Assembly: GCA_040400605.1 (NCBI GenBank)
Contig: JBBAPZ010000003.1
Location: 170,577 to 234,576 of the forward strand
Direction: 5' to 3'
Length of the DNA stretch: 64,000 bases
Source of the DNA: Candidatus Sericytochromatia bacterium
GTDB lineage: Bacteria > Cyanobacteriota > Sericytochromatia > S15B-MN24 > JAQBPE01
This document shows positions 51,699 through 62,397 of the stretch, one piece after another. The translations under genes and the position numbers were made by a program. The notes below the pieces were generated by a model. The model did not search any database, had not been told where the DNA came from, and saw nothing but the letters and a program-made list of their open reading frames with translations. The number at the start of each line of letters is the position of its first letter. The first letter of the stretch is position 1.

Positions 51699-51926
51699 AC
51701 AGCGAGGCTGCTTCACAAGACACGTTCTTGCCGATTCGGTGTGAAGGATATCCAAACAGCATCACAACGCCGGGCCAAGCATGGCGGGAACGCTTGAAGT
51801 CTCGGACGCGCGTTGCGCCGCCCCCCAACAAAAACGGTCACCATGGTAAAATCCCACTGCGTAGTCAAAATTTGATTCTAGCCGCCTCGCTCAACGGGAT
51901 TCGGGTGGAATGTCTGTCGGGTTTGC

Positions 51927-52985
51927 ATGAGTCATCGTTTTGTCCGTCGTTTTGCCCCTTTGCTGCTGATTTGTTGGCCATTGGTCAGCACGGCGCAAGA
52001 GAGTGGGCTGGCAATATCGGGAGGCGCTCCCCGAAAAACGGGTGATGAACAGTATGAAATCTGGGCCAATTCTCCCCAAACGCGATTGACTGTGGGACAT
52101 AACGGTCGCCCCGGTGTGATGGGCTTGACTGTTACTTGGCAAAATCTCATTGCGGGAACGATCCTGTCGACACCCGAGGGTGTTGTTCCCGGCTCCAGTC
52201 GCGATGGTTCCGATATCGTCAGTCAATTGAGCGTGGGGCCGGGAGAGCGTCAGAGTTGGGGTCTTGCATCCAATGTGACGGGGCATTATCGGTTTGGTGT
52301 GATTGGCAACACGCGTAACAGGGAACGTGCGCAAGCCACCTATGGCGCGTTAAGTCGTGATATGGGGCAGCGCCGTGTGCAGTTTGCCCTTCACCTGGGC
52401 AACGCTGTCGATAAGGGTAGCCCGCGGCAGATGGATCTTTTCAGGGAACAACTCCGTTCCTTTGGCTTTCCAAGTTATGTGCTTCCAGGCGTCCATGATT
52501 TGACCCAACAGGGGCAACGTGCATGGCAGCAACGTTTTGGTGGATTGCCGCTTAAATTTCGCATTGATCGCGATGTGTTTGTTTTGTTGGACAACTCGAC
52601 GGGGTACCTCGGCGCGCCCCAACGTCGTTGGCTCGAGCAGACGCTAAAAACCGCCCGTCAAGGCGGTGTGAGGCACTTGTTTGTTTTCATGAATCGCCCG
52701 TTGGTGGATCCCAGACCCGGTATCAACGCGGGAATGTGCGATCGCCAGGAAGTCCGTCGCCTGCTGCGACTGTTTAATGACGTCGGGGTACGTGCCGTCT
52801 TTGCCGGCCACCTGCCGATGTATGCACGGGATGTCCGTCAAGGCGTTACCTGTATCACCACGGGTGGTGGCGGTGATGCCTTGACGCAAAAGCCAAGCAA
52901 AGGTGGTTTCCACCATTACGTCCTGGTTGAGGTCGCTGGACCGTTGGTCAGCATGAACCCGATTCCATTAGCTGGTGGAACATAG
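51927..52985 (+). CDS. Secreted calcineurin-like metallophosphoesterase fold with metal ligands substituted
   Basis: Motif positions read IGNTR, HLGNAV, PGVHD, FMNRP, AGHLP; C-terminal TGGGG..GGFHHY. Confidence 0.8.
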   Translation: MSHRFVRRFAPLLLICWPLVSTAQESGLAISGGAPRKTGDEQYEIWANSPQTRLTVGHNGRPGVMGLTVTWQNLIAGTILSTPEGVVPGSSRDGSDIVSQLSVGPGERQSWGLASNVTGHYRFGVIGNTRNRERAQATYGALSRDMGQRRVQFALHLGNAVDKGSPRQMDLFREQLRSFGFPSYVLPGVHDLTQQGQRAWQQRFGGLPLKFRIDRDVFVLLDNSTGYLGAPQRRWLEQTLKTARQGGVRHLFVFMNRPLVDPRPGINAGMCDRQEVRRLLRLFNDVGVRAVFAGHLPMYARDVRQGVTCITTGGGGDALTQKPSKGGFHHYVLVEVAGPLVSMNPIPLAGGT

Positions 52986-53166
52986 ACGCCTCAAGTCGGT
53001 GCTGTTGGCTGCTGAAAAACGATGCAACCCGCTTGGTTCTATTCGCTGATACAAAGCGTACGAATGGCTTTAGCCCAGCATCAAGCTTGGATACATCAGT
53101 CTTTGATCCAAGCAAGACAACAGCCTTGAAGATTGGATCCTCAAGGCTGTTGAAGCGCAACGGGAA

Positions 53167-55011
53167 TCAGGCAGGAACCTGTTCGGGTTCAGATGTCGGA
53201 TTCCCACCTTCAAAGAGCTGGTTAAACTCTTCCGCATCAATGGTTTCCCGCGCAATCAGGGCAATCGAAATCCGATCCAACTGCTCGCGATGTTGCGTGA
53301 TGAGCTGATGGGCGTGATCATAACAACCTTGGATGATGCGCTTCACTTCTGCGTCGATCAACGCAGCTACCTCATCCGAATAATTACGATCCTCGCCAAA
53401 ATCCCGGCCCATAAACACGTGCTCGCTGCGCTTTGAAAAACTGATTGGACCCAGCTTTTCACTCATGCCAAACTCGGTGACCATCCGTCGTGCCACCGCT
53501 GTCGCACGCTCCAGATCGTTGGATGCGCCAGTCGTGATTTCATCAAACGCGATCGCTTCCGCAACACGTCCCCCCAACATCATGGTGATGCGGTCAACCA
53601 TCTGTGAACGACTCGTCAACACCCGATCCTCGGTGGGCAGCGTCATCGTGAGGCCAAGTGCCATACCACGCGATACAATCGTCACCTTGTGTAACGGGTC
53701 ACAATTCGGCAAAAGCTTTGCAATCATCGCGTGCCCCACTTCGTGAAACGCAATCACGCGCTTTTCATGCTCACCAATCAGACGGCTCTTCCGCTCAGGT
53801 CCCGCAATCACGCGATCGATTGCCGCTTCACAGTCTTCCATCAAAATTTCTTTCCGATCGTGACGCGCTGCAATCAATGCCGCTTCATTGGACAGGTTCA
53901 TGAGATCCGCACCCGTGAAACCTGGCGTGCGCCGCGCCAAAACCTTGAGGTCAACCTCGGCGCCCAGCGGCTTGTTTTCCGTATGCACCCTCAAAATCTG
54001 CTCTCGACCCACCACATCCGGCGCATCCACCACCACCTGGCGATCAAAACGACCCGGCCGCAACAACGCCGAATCCAAAATGTCGGGGCGGTTGGTCGCC
54101 GCAATCACAACCACACTCACATTGGCCTCAAAACCATCCATCTCAACCAACAGTTGATTCAAGGTCTGCTCCCGTTCATCGTGGCCACCACCCAAGCCTG
54201 CTCCACGTTGACGGCCCACGGCATCAATCTCATCCACGAACACGATGCACGGGGAGTGTTTCTTCGCCTGCTCAAACAGGTCACGCACACGGCTGGCGCC
54301 AACACCCACAAACATTTCGACAAAATCCGAACCTGAAATATTGAAGAAAGGTACGCCGGCCTCCCCCGCGATCGCACGGGCCAACAAGGTCTTGCCGGTA
54401 CCCGGCGGCCCAATCAGCAAAACACCCTTCGGAATGTGCGCACCCAGTGCCTGGTATTTCTCCGGCGCCTTCAGAAAGTCAACGATCTCCGCCAACTCCA
54501 CCTTCGCCTCATCAACACCCGCCACGTCTGCGAAAGTCACCTTCGACTTGTTCTCAAGCATCATCTTGGCGCGACTCTTGCCAAAGGACAACGCCTGTGA
54601 ACTGCCTGACTGCGCTTGACGCAAAACGAAAAACCACAACGCCAAAATGATCACCAACGGGAAGAAAATGTTGGTCAAAACTGAAGCCCACCAACCGGAT
54701 TGATCCGGCGGTCGCACCGTCATCGGAACCTTGTTTTCTTTCAGCGTCGCAATCAACTGGGGATCATTCGGGAAATACACCGCCTGCTCAGTGTCCTCTC
54801 GCCCTGAACTATCCGCCTTTTTCAACCGGTAACGCAACAAATTGGTGCCACTCACCATCTCCACGGATACCACGCGACCTTGCTCGACAAGCTCCAAAAA
54901 CTGACTGTAGCCTGGCCGTGACTCACCCTCTGGACGTTGAAAAAATGTAAATAAAATGAACAGGACGCCAAACAAAACGACCAAAAAATACATGCCGGCG
55001 TTCTTAAACAT
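53167..55011 (-). CDS. ftsH: ATP-dependent zinc metalloprotease FtsH
   Basis: Two TM helices, [25 protein letters not shown] zinc motif. Confidence 0.98.
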   Translation of the reverse strand: MFKNAGMYFLVVLFGVLFILFTFFQRPEGESRPGYSQFLELVEQGRVVSVEMVSGTNLLRYRLKKADSSGREDTEQAVYFPNDPQLIATLKENKVPMTVRPPDQSGWWASVLTNIFFPLVIILALWFFVLRQAQSGSSQALSFGKSRAKMMLENKSKVTFADVAGVDEAKVELAEIVDFLKAPEKYQALGAHIPKGVLLIGPPGTGKTLLARAIAGEAGVPFFNISGSDFVEMFVGVGASRVRDLFEQAKKHSPCIVFVDEIDAVGRQRGAGLGGGHDEREQTLNQLLVEMDGFEANVSVVVIAATNRPDILDSALLRPGRFDRQVVVDAPDVVGREQILRVHTENKPLGAEVDLKVLARRTPGFTGADLMNLSNEAALIAARHDRKEILMEDCEAAIDRVIAGPERKSRLIGEHEKRVIAFHEVGHAMIAKLLPNCDPLHKVTIVSRGMALGLTMTLPTEDRVLTSRSQMVDRITMMLGGRVAEAIAFDEITTGASNDLERATAVARRMVTEFGMSEKLGPISFSKRSEHVFMGRDFGEDRNYSDEVAALIDAEVKRIIQGCYDHAHQLITQHREQLDRISIALIARETIDAEEFNQLFEGGNPTSEPEQVPA

Positions 55012-55080
55012 ACGCTCCCACTCTCCGCCTTCTTGCACGTTCGCCATGACGCACGACTGTCGCTGCCCCAAGACGACGCT

Positions 55081-56487
55081 TCAGAATAGTACGGGAGGAT
55101 GCTTTGTTTTGTCAAATCTCAAAAAGGCGGACGCCCACATTTCATAAGGGTTTTCGGGCGTTTGCGCTGGCTGTTCGATGAGTGCTTCGGCTGAACGTCC
55201 GACCCCTACCACCCAATAAATATCGCTTTGATGTGCCAAGACGAGCAGTCCTGTTTGTCTTGGCTGAGGAATGCCTGCCTGCTTGAGCCACCCCCGCAGA
55301 CTGCGTACCCGTTGGTGCCCGTACGGTTTGATGCGGTCAGACTCAGGCCTTGCCGAGCGCCATACCAGTTCTTTGGGGAGTCTGCTGCCATCAAAACGCA
55401 CCCGACAGGCGTGTAGTGGCTTGTCTGACAGGGCTGAAGCGACAAAAACCGACCACCCCCACGACTGTGTTGGTTGCCAACCAGTGCGGGTGAAGGCACG
55501 GGGAATCTGCTCGGGCAACGCGACCGTGAGATACAGGTCTGCGTTTGCCCGGCAGAGGCGTGCCCCTCTTGGCCATTCGCAGCACCAATGCTTCAGGGGT
55601 GTCGCGAGTGCTTTTAAACTCCGTGAGATGGTCGCACCATCGACGCTTCCGTAACCCAATTCACGGGCAAACGCGCGCAACAACCGCTGTTGGCTGGCCG
55701 TCGGCTCCTGAAAAAATGCCAAGCCGTCAATGTCGAGGCATCCCGGTGCCACCTGTTCGGTCCAGGTGCGACACCATTTTTCTTCGAGCGATCGCCAGAG
55801 CAAAACTTCATCTTGGACCATATCCGCAAATCTTGCCAGATTTTGGGACGCGTTTGGCGCGATGTGTGCCAGTTCCGGCATAACCTTGTGTCGGATGCGG
55901 TTGCGCCGATAAGCCAAATCAACGTTGCTGGGGTCGTCAAGGTGCGCAAGCGCCAACTCCTGTGCGACGGCTTCCAGTTCGCCACGCGTAGACGTCAGAA
56001 GTGGTCGTATGATGGTCGCATCCTTGAGCCATTCTGTCTGCGGCCAGATCCCGCACGCGCCATCGAGGCCCGCACCCCGCGCCAGCCGAAACAGAACGGT
56101 TTCGGCCTGATCGTTCAGGTGATGACCGGTGGCAACACGCCTCAAACCAAGCCCGGCAGCACACGCCTGTAAAAAACGGTAACGCTCGGCACGGGCTGCC
56201 GCCTCACTCCCGCGTGTTTCAGGCGTTGCGACACCAATGGATAACGAGATGCCGGCTTGCTGACACCACCTGGCAAGCCATTCGGCTTCCGATGCTGATT
56301 CAGTTCGCCAACGGTGATCAAAATGCGCCGCGTGAACCGGATGACCCAAGTGGGACAAGACCTGCAACAACACCATCGAATCAAGGCCACCAGACAGGGC
56401 GATCAACACCGGCTCAGCCGGCATCAGCATACGCTCACCAAGCATGAAATGTGCCACTTGTGCGCACAAGTCGCTAAAACGCGTCAC
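55081..56487 (-). CDS. tilS: tRNA(Ile)-lysidine synthase
   Basis: PP-loop SGGLDS, HHLNDQAET, IRPLL, RNRIRH; directly upstream of ftsH. Confidence 0.95.
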   Translation of the reverse strand: MTRFSDLCAQVAHFMLGERMLMPAEPVLIALSGGLDSMVLLQVLSHLGHPVHAAHFDHRWRTESASEAEWLARWCQQAGISLSIGVATPETRGSEAAARAERYRFLQACAAGLGLRRVATGHHLNDQAETVLFRLARGAGLDGACGIWPQTEWLKDATIIRPLLTSTRGELEAVAQELALAHLDDPSNVDLAYRRNRIRHKVMPELAHIAPNASQNLARFADMVQDEVLLWRSLEEKWCRTWTEQVAPGCLDIDGLAFFQEPTASQQRLLRAFARELGYGSVDGATISRSLKALATPLKHWCCEWPRGARLCRANADLYLTVALPEQIPRAFTRTGWQPTQSWGWSVFVASALSDKPLHACRVRFDGSRLPKELVWRSARPESDRIKPYGHQRVRSLRGWLKQAGIPQPRQTGLLVLAHQSDIYWVVGVGRSAEALIEQPAQTPENPYEMWASAFLRFDKTKHPPVLF

Positions 56488-56615
56488 GCCATCGCTCCAG
56501 TTTTCATTATCGTTAATCGCGATTTAATCTGAACCCCAGGATCCTGGACGCAAGGTTAACACCACTCGCGCTATAACCACGATATCATCTCTCATTAACA
56601 CGCTGCTAAAATACT

Positions 56616-58397
56616 TTGCTTGTAAGGAGCTTTGGCATGGGCAAGAGTCGGGGTTTTTCAGGTTCAAAGAACCCCTTGCGAGGCGTACGCCGCTCGATGG
56701 GTGGCTTGGCGCTTGGTTTTACGCTTTTGCTGGATGTCGGTTGTGGGACGGTTGGGTGGCTAGGCGGTCAGTCGCGCGCAACGGGTGGCTTGGAAACTTC
56801 TGCGATCAAGCGAGGCATTCCGGTCACGCCGGGTGTGCCGAAGCTTGGGCAACAGCCGGGTTTGCCGCGTGATCCCGGTATGGATGGCGACGTATCGTTT
56901 CATTTGCTTTATACAAATGATATTCATTCGCGTGTGGACCCTTTTCCGGCTGGTTACTACCATAACTTTTACGCAGGCAAGGGCGGTTTTGCGCGATTGA
57001 CGACAGCGATCGCAGATTTTAAGCGGGCCAATCCGAACACGTTGGCCGTGGACTCCGGTGATTATTTGCAAGGCACGCCGTATTTCAACTTTTTTCGGGG
57101 TGAGACCGAGTTAAAGTTGATGCAGGCGTCGGGTTTTGATGCCATTACCATTGGTAATCATGAGTTTGACAATGGCGTGGCTGATCTCGCCCGTGTGTTG
57201 CCCTATTACCGTGGCAGTCTTGTGACCACCAATATGACTTTTGAGCCAGAGGTTGCGGCGCGGTATTGCGTGAAGCGGGTTGGCAATGTCAGGGTGGGTA
57301 TTTTTGCGCTCATTACCGATGTGAATGGGTTGGTTGCGGCGCCTAATTTCAAGGGCGCACGTTATTACGACCCGGTGCTGGTCGCCAAGGCAGCCGTTGC
57401 CAAATTGCGCAAAGAGGCTGACGCGGTGGTTCTGTTGTCGCATATGGGCATCACGCCGCCGTGGGCCGAAGCAGAGCCGGATGATGACCACGAAGTCGCG
57501 GATGATCAACTCACGGATGAAAAACTCGCCGCACGGGTTCCCGGCATCGATGTCATCGTTTCCGGTCACACGCACGTGATGATCAAGCGGCCGATTGTCG
57601 TGAAGAATACCACTGGTCGCACCTACATCGTTTCGTCAGGAATGGGCGGGGGCTACCTCGGGCAGGCCACTGTTCGGATGCGTAAAGGCCAGGTCAGTTT
57701 TGTGCAGAACGACATGATCCCGATGACCGCATCCGTGACGGCTGCACCGGCGATCGAGTCGATGATCGCGCCTTATCGGGATGTTTTGTCACGCACCATT
57801 AAGCCGGTGATTGGTGAAGCCACGGCGACTTTCAAGCGTTATGGCAAAGCGGATCGCGAATCTGCCCTCAATAATTTGATCGCCGATTCCACCTTGGCGG
57901 CTGCGCGCAGCGTCAAACCGGAAACCGCCTTTGCGGTGATGAGCAGTGGTACCCCGCGAAACCCCATTCCCCAAGGTCCCATTCGCATTGAAGATGTGTA
58001 CTATGCCTTGCCGTTCGACAATAAAGTGGTTCTGATGGAGGTAACTGGCAAACAAGCGGTCGAGATGTTGGGCATCCAACGGCGAAGCTCGGACCAGAAG
58101 CGCCACGCAATCAGCAATTGTTCGTACACACTGCTGCGTAACGCCGGGCCGATCAAAGACGTGCTGATCAGCGGCCAGCCAGTCAACCCGGATGCCAGGT
58201 ACTGGGTTGCCGTCAACGACTACATGGCTGACGGGGCATCCGGCTTCACCATGCTGCCCGGTTCACCACGCATCGACACCAAGATTTTGCAGCGTGATGC
58301 GTTGATTGAATTGATCAAGTCGCGCAAGACAATCACTCCCCAAGTCGGGCGCATCCGAATTGAAAGTCAAGCACCAGTCCTTGCGACGGCCAGTTAA
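56616..58397 (+). CDS. Bifunctional metallophosphatase/5'-nucleotidase
   Basis: TNDIHS, DSGDYLQG, GNHEFD, SHMG, GHTH and C-terminal LPFDN..VNDYMADG. Start uncertain. Confidence 0.93.
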   Translation: MLVRSFGMGKSRGFSGSKNPLRGVRRSMGGLALGFTLLLDVGCGTVGWLGGQSRATGGLETSAIKRGIPVTPGVPKLGQQPGLPRDPGMDGDVSFHLLYTNDIHSRVDPFPAGYYHNFYAGKGGFARLTTAIADFKRANPNTLAVDSGDYLQGTPYFNFFRGETELKLMQASGFDAITIGNHEFDNGVADLARVLPYYRGSLVTTNMTFEPEVAARYCVKRVGNVRVGIFALITDVNGLVAAPNFKGARYYDPVLVAKAAVAKLRKEADAVVLLSHMGITPPWAEAEPDDDHEVADDQLTDEKLAARVPGIDVIVSGHTHVMIKRPIVVKNTTGRTYIVSSGMGGGYLGQATVRMRKGQVSFVQNDMIPMTASVTAAPAIESMIAPYRDVLSRTIKPVIGEATATFKRYGKADRESALNNLIADSTLAAARSVKPETAFAVMSSGTPRNPIPQGPIRIEDVYYALPFDNKVVLMEVTGKQAVEMLGIQRRSSDQKRHAISNCSYTLLRNAGPIKDVLISGQPVNPDARYWVAVNDYMADGASGFTMLPGSPRIDTKILQRDALIELIKSRKTITPQVGRIRIESQAPVLATAS

Positions 58398-58443
58398 ACG
58401 GTGAGCGCAAGGTAGATTGATACTGGCACGCACGCCTTGGCAG

Positions 58444-59955
58444 TCAGACGGAGAGTTTGTCCAGTTGGTGTAGCGCGTGACGCGCGATGTCGCGATCATC
58501 GAAGTGCACGGTGCGATCCGCAAACGTCTGGGTCGTCTCGTGGCCTTTACCCGCAATCACGATCAAATCACCGGATTGCGCCAGTTCAATCGCTTTTTTA
58601 ATCGCTTCCGCCCGATCGACCACGACGAGTTGCTGCCCACGCATCCCCAAGCCGATTTCATTGATGATGGCCATTGGGTCCTCAGAACGCGGATTGTCTG
58701 ACGTCACGATTGCAACATCCGACCAGTGTTCAACCACCTCACCCATCAACGGACGCTTGGTACGGTCGCGATCACCCCCACATCCAAACACCGTGACGAG
58801 CCGCCGTGGACCCAATTCGCGTGCTGCAGACAAAACGTTGTGCAAACCATCGGGCGTGTGAGCATAATCGACCCACACCGTGAAAGGATGGTGCGCGCTA
58901 CTAACGACTTCAACACGCCCCGGCACACCAGCCGACTTTGCCACCATGTCACAGACCGTTGAAAACTCATAGCCCATGGCCAGCGCAGCACCCACCGCTG
59001 CAAGTGCATTGTACACATTGAAACGCCCAGGTAACGGCAAGTGCACCTTCCCGGATTGCCCCCTAAAATGTGCGACAAAAACAGAGCCGGACGCAGATGA
59101 TTCAAGCACTTCTGCCCGCAGGTCAGCCTCGGAGCCAGTCGCCAGGCCGTAGGTCAACAAACCCGATGTGACCAAATTGGCACACGCTTGCCCCAAGGCG
59201 TCATCCACGTTGATGACACTGGCACGCGGTCGATGGCCGGTCGCCTCCTGGCTGAATAACCGACGTTTCACCGCCCCGTAGGCCGCCATCGACCCATGAT
59301 AATCCAGATGGTCCCGACTCAAATTGGTGAAGATGGCCACGTCAAACTCGCAATCATACACACGCGCTTGATCAATGGCATGCGATGATACCTCCATCAC
59401 CACCGCTTGTGCCCCTTCATTCACCAACTGCCGCAGCACTTTTTGCAATTCCGGCGATTGAGGAGTCGTGAACCCCGTGACGATTTGATGCCCCTCAAAT
59501 TCAGCACCCAACGTTCCAACCAGACCCGCACGAACGCCCAAATTCACCAACAGTGTCCGCAACAGTGATGTCGTTGTCGTTTTACCATTGGTGCCGGTAA
59601 CGCCAACCAGTTTCAAGGTTTCAGACGGACGGTCAAACAAAGCCCCTGCCACCAGAGCCATTGCCACTCGCGTATCCGCCACAGGCAGACACGGCAAAGG
59701 CGCCGTTTGACCGAATTGCTGTGCCCATGTACGGCTCACCAACGCTGCCGTGGCACCACCCAGTGCTGCCTGGCCCAAAAACTGATGACCATCCACACGA
59801 GAACCCGGCAGGGCAACGAACAGATCACCACGCCTGGCCTGCCTGGCATCACAAACTACCCGCTGAATCACTTCACCAAGAATATCAGTGGCACGCTCCG
59901 CTTTGCCAATTGGCTGATCACCATCCAGCAAGCTCAGCACGTCTGACAAGCGCAT
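58444..59955 (-). CDS. murE: UDP-MurNAc-tripeptide (meso-DAP) ligase
   Basis: GVTGTNGKTT, MEVSSH, NLSRDHLDYH, DYAHTPD, DNPR (DAP type), AGKGHE. Confidence 0.97.
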   Translation of the reverse strand: MRLSDVLSLLDGDQPIGKAERATDILGEVIQRVVCDARQARRGDLFVALPGSRVDGHQFLGQAALGGATAALVSRTWAQQFGQTAPLPCLPVADTRVAMALVAGALFDRPSETLKLVGVTGTNGKTTTTSLLRTLLVNLGVRAGLVGTLGAEFEGHQIVTGFTTPQSPELQKVLRQLVNEGAQAVVMEVSSHAIDQARVYDCEFDVAIFTNLSRDHLDYHGSMAAYGAVKRRLFSQEATGHRPRASVINVDDALGQACANLVTSGLLTYGLATGSEADLRAEVLESSASGSVFVAHFRGQSGKVHLPLPGRFNVYNALAAVGAALAMGYEFSTVCDMVAKSAGVPGRVEVVSSAHHPFTVWVDYAHTPDGLHNVLSAARELGPRRLVTVFGCGGDRDRTKRPLMGEVVEHWSDVAIVTSDNPRSEDPMAIINEIGLGMRGQQLVVVDRAEAIKKAIELAQSGDLIVIAGKGHETTQTFADRTVHFDDRDIARHALHQLDKLSV

Positions 59956-60130
59956 CGCATTCCTCCACAGGTCCGGGACTCACCCCTCACGCCTGGATTT
60001 GAGAGGGTCACCCGACAAGGGTTCGGAACACAGTCAAAATCCGGAATCAGCCATTCAGCCTTGAACCGCGCCACAGCCGATTATATTGAATCAATGCCCA
60101 GCAACCGATGTCCGGTAACCCACTCAATAG

Positions 60131-60204
60131 TGGCACTGACTGGACTCGAACCAGTGACACCCCGGGTATGAACCGAGTGCTCTAACCAACTGAGCTACAG
60201 TGCC
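60131..60204 (-). tRNA. tRNA-Met (CAT), elongator type; CCA not encoded
   Basis: GGCACTGTAGCTCAGTTGGTTAGAGCACTCGGTTCATACCCGGGGTGTCACTGGTTCGAGTCCAGTCAGTGCCA folds into a cloverleaf; G1-C72 paired. Confidence 0.95.
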
Positions 60205-60348
60205 GAAAAGATGCTAGCCATTATAAGCGCGCGTGCGTTCGCCGTCAAACCCCAAGGCATCAGTCAGGCGTTATCCGTTTTCCTGAACCGTGTCTGGCAA
60301 GCAGATGAGACATTTCTTGATCGGCAAACACGGTTCATGCGTGACTTT

Positions 60349-60810
60349 CTAGCGCACGTGTCTATCATCCGAAACGTCGACGATTTGCCCGGTTGTTTGT
60401 AATCCCGCTCGTTCGTCGATCCTGTCGTCGTTTAATCTCTCGATTTCGCTTTCACCCTGTCGCTTAGCCGTCAACTCCTGCAAATCGTCCAACTCACGGG
60501 TATCTGCTTCTTGGGCGGCTTTGGTCTGCTCACGGCGCTGGCTCATCACGGCGTCTAAAGCCATGTTCTGACCCCGCAACCATTCAAGCGCATCCGCAAC
60601 CGCGTCTTTCAGTTCCTGCGCCAGGCCCGGAAATAAGGGCTCCTTTGCCGTTTTGATCGGTTCTGATTGACGTGCCATTGGTGACAACGACAATGAGTCA
60701 TTATCGAGGCGTACTTGGGGAGACCCGGAATCAACCTTGACTCGCACAGGATTCAAACCCGGCCCACGATACAGTTGCGCCGTCTGGATACTGTTCTCTG
60801 CGCCCGACAT
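60349..60810 (-). CDS. Hypothetical protein
   Basis: Open frame with GAGGA RBS; charged helical C-terminus. Confidence 0.65.
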   Translation of the reverse strand: MSGAENSIQTAQLYRGPGLNPVRVKVDSGSPQVRLDNDSLSLSPMARQSEPIKTAKEPLFPGLAQELKDAVADALEWLRGQNMALDAVMSQRREQTKAAQEADTRELDDLQELTAKRQGESEIERLNDDRIDERAGLQTTGQIVDVSDDRHVR

Positions 60811-61265
60811 TGTTTCATTCCTCATCGCTAGTGATTCACAACATACTTATCGTATGTTCAGCAAAAATCTGAACCGGGAACGCACGTCTTACCGGAATAG
60901 GTGTCAGGATTGGTGCGTCACGGGTTACGGACAAAGTAAGTGGGCGAGAAGCCTGATTGCATTGATTCGTTGGTTGATCACGCCGTGGAAGTCGCGAACT
61001 GATTATCATCCAAAAAATAAGGGTTGAACGTCGAATGTTGACTGGTCACGCTTGATCACTTAAGTGACCGTCTCTGCGTTTTTCAAGCGAAGCAATCCTT
61101 CGCTGATCCCGGCGCCCCCTAGAGATCGATGTTAGCGAGCAAGTCTTTGGGCTATCGATTGCTTGAGTTGACACACACGGTTGACTGGTATTGGCTGTCA
61201 GCAGGAGCCGTCTTGAGGTTCGTGCATTCGCAGCATCAGTTTTGGCCAAGCTTGTGCGTTACTTT

Positions 61266-61799
61266 TTATTCCGTCAGAAAGTCGGTACCCCCGGTCATAC
61301 CGGACTTGCCAGTAATATGTTTCAGTACGCTGAACAAGTTCCCAACAATGGTTTGCACCTGGTCGATTCGGGCGTCTAATGTCTCCCGTTCGGGATGTTC
61401 TGAGGGGAGTCTGTCGCGTTTTTTTTTCAGGCGACTCAACAGGTGTGCCTGGTATACGCGTTCGTCTGACACAACTTTGTACATGAACATCGGATCCATC
61501 ATGTCAGGAATCTTGTAATCGCCATTCATGAAGTCCGTGATCATCGCCAGGCGACGTGGTGACAGTTCTTTTTCCAACGCCAGATCCAGTTTCGGTCCAT
61601 CGAGGGATACCGGACCGGTTCCAGTCCCGTTTTTTGGTTCTTGGCCATGGTTGAAGCGGGTACGATCCTCATAAAGGGCCAGTTCCGGCGATGTCGGTGA
61701 CCGTTTTTTTACGACGGATGACTGGTCGTGCGATCGCCCCTGGCCCAAGGCTTCGCGCAACTTTTCCAGCAGACCTTTCTTCGCGCCTGAATCAGCCAC
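61266..61799 (-). CDS. Hypothetical protein
   Basis: 177-aa ORF with GGAGG RBS before GTG; helical C-terminal half. Confidence 0.7.
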   Translation of the reverse strand: MADSGAKKGLLEKLREALGQGRSHDQSSVVKKRSPTSPELALYEDRTRFNHGQEPKNGTGTGPVSLDGPKLDLALEKELSPRRLAMITDFMNGDYKIPDMMDPMFMYKVVSDERVYQAHLLSRLKKKRDRLPSEHPERETLDARIDQVQTIVGNLFSVLKHITGKSGMTGGTDFLTE

Positions 61800-62314
61800 C
61801 GCTTAAAACCTCCGGCCTACCAACACGTTTTATATACCCGCTTCGCGTGTGTAATCCGTTAACGACCAAAAGAAAATGGCAGCTTCATTCGATGAAGCTG
61901 CCGATAGGGCTTAACGTGTGCTAACTACTTAATCTGAAGTTTTTAAACAAAAAATCAAAATTCTTGTGAACACGCTTGAGTTTTGGGCTAGGGCGACGAT
62001 TTTACTTTTTTGTCAGATAGCCTCCACGAACCAAACACGTCGTAGTCTAAGTCTCGTCAGAAAAGCTGTCGAGCGAAAACGTCGCAGTCCCTCTTGGTCT
62101 CTGACGTGTATTCCGATTGAGCGGTGCCAATGCATTCATCACCGCCTTGAACGCGTGAACGGAAAACCCTTATGAGTTCTTGCGCGTCGTTTTCTTGCTG
62201 CGTGCCGACTTGATTTTGGTTGCCGGTAAGACGGATTCGTGACTAAGCTGAAGCAACACGTCTTAGACACAAACGCCGATCTGTCACAATCTCTTATGTC
62301 TGCCGTTTTCCATA

Positions 62315-62358
62315 AAGCCAGGACATACGCGGACATAGTCTGCGATATGGCCTGGCTT
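62315..62358. terminator. Long imperfect hairpin downstream of the LysM gene
   Basis: AAGCCAGG..CATA-CGCGGAC/GTCTGCG-A-TATG..CCTGGCTT. Confidence 0.5.
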
Positions 62359-62397
62359 CAAATTCGATAGTTCAGACTGAGGACACAATGAGCGCCC

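Noticed and set aside
60131..60204. tRNA(CAT) as tRNA-Ile2 because tilS is nearby, or as initiator tRNA
   Set aside because: The anticodon arm CGG-TTCATAC-CCG matches elongator Met; G1-C72 is paired and the three consecutive G-C pairs of fMet are absent.
59956..60349. tRNA as an integration site for a genomic island
   Set aside because: murE follows the tRNA 3' end directly; no integrase or duplicated tRNA end seen.
46328..60873. sigma28-like -10 boxes (GCCGATAA at 46328-46335 minus, CCCGATAA near 50317, TACGATAA near 60850 minus)
   Set aside because: The -35 elements and spacings are inconsistent; too weak to call.
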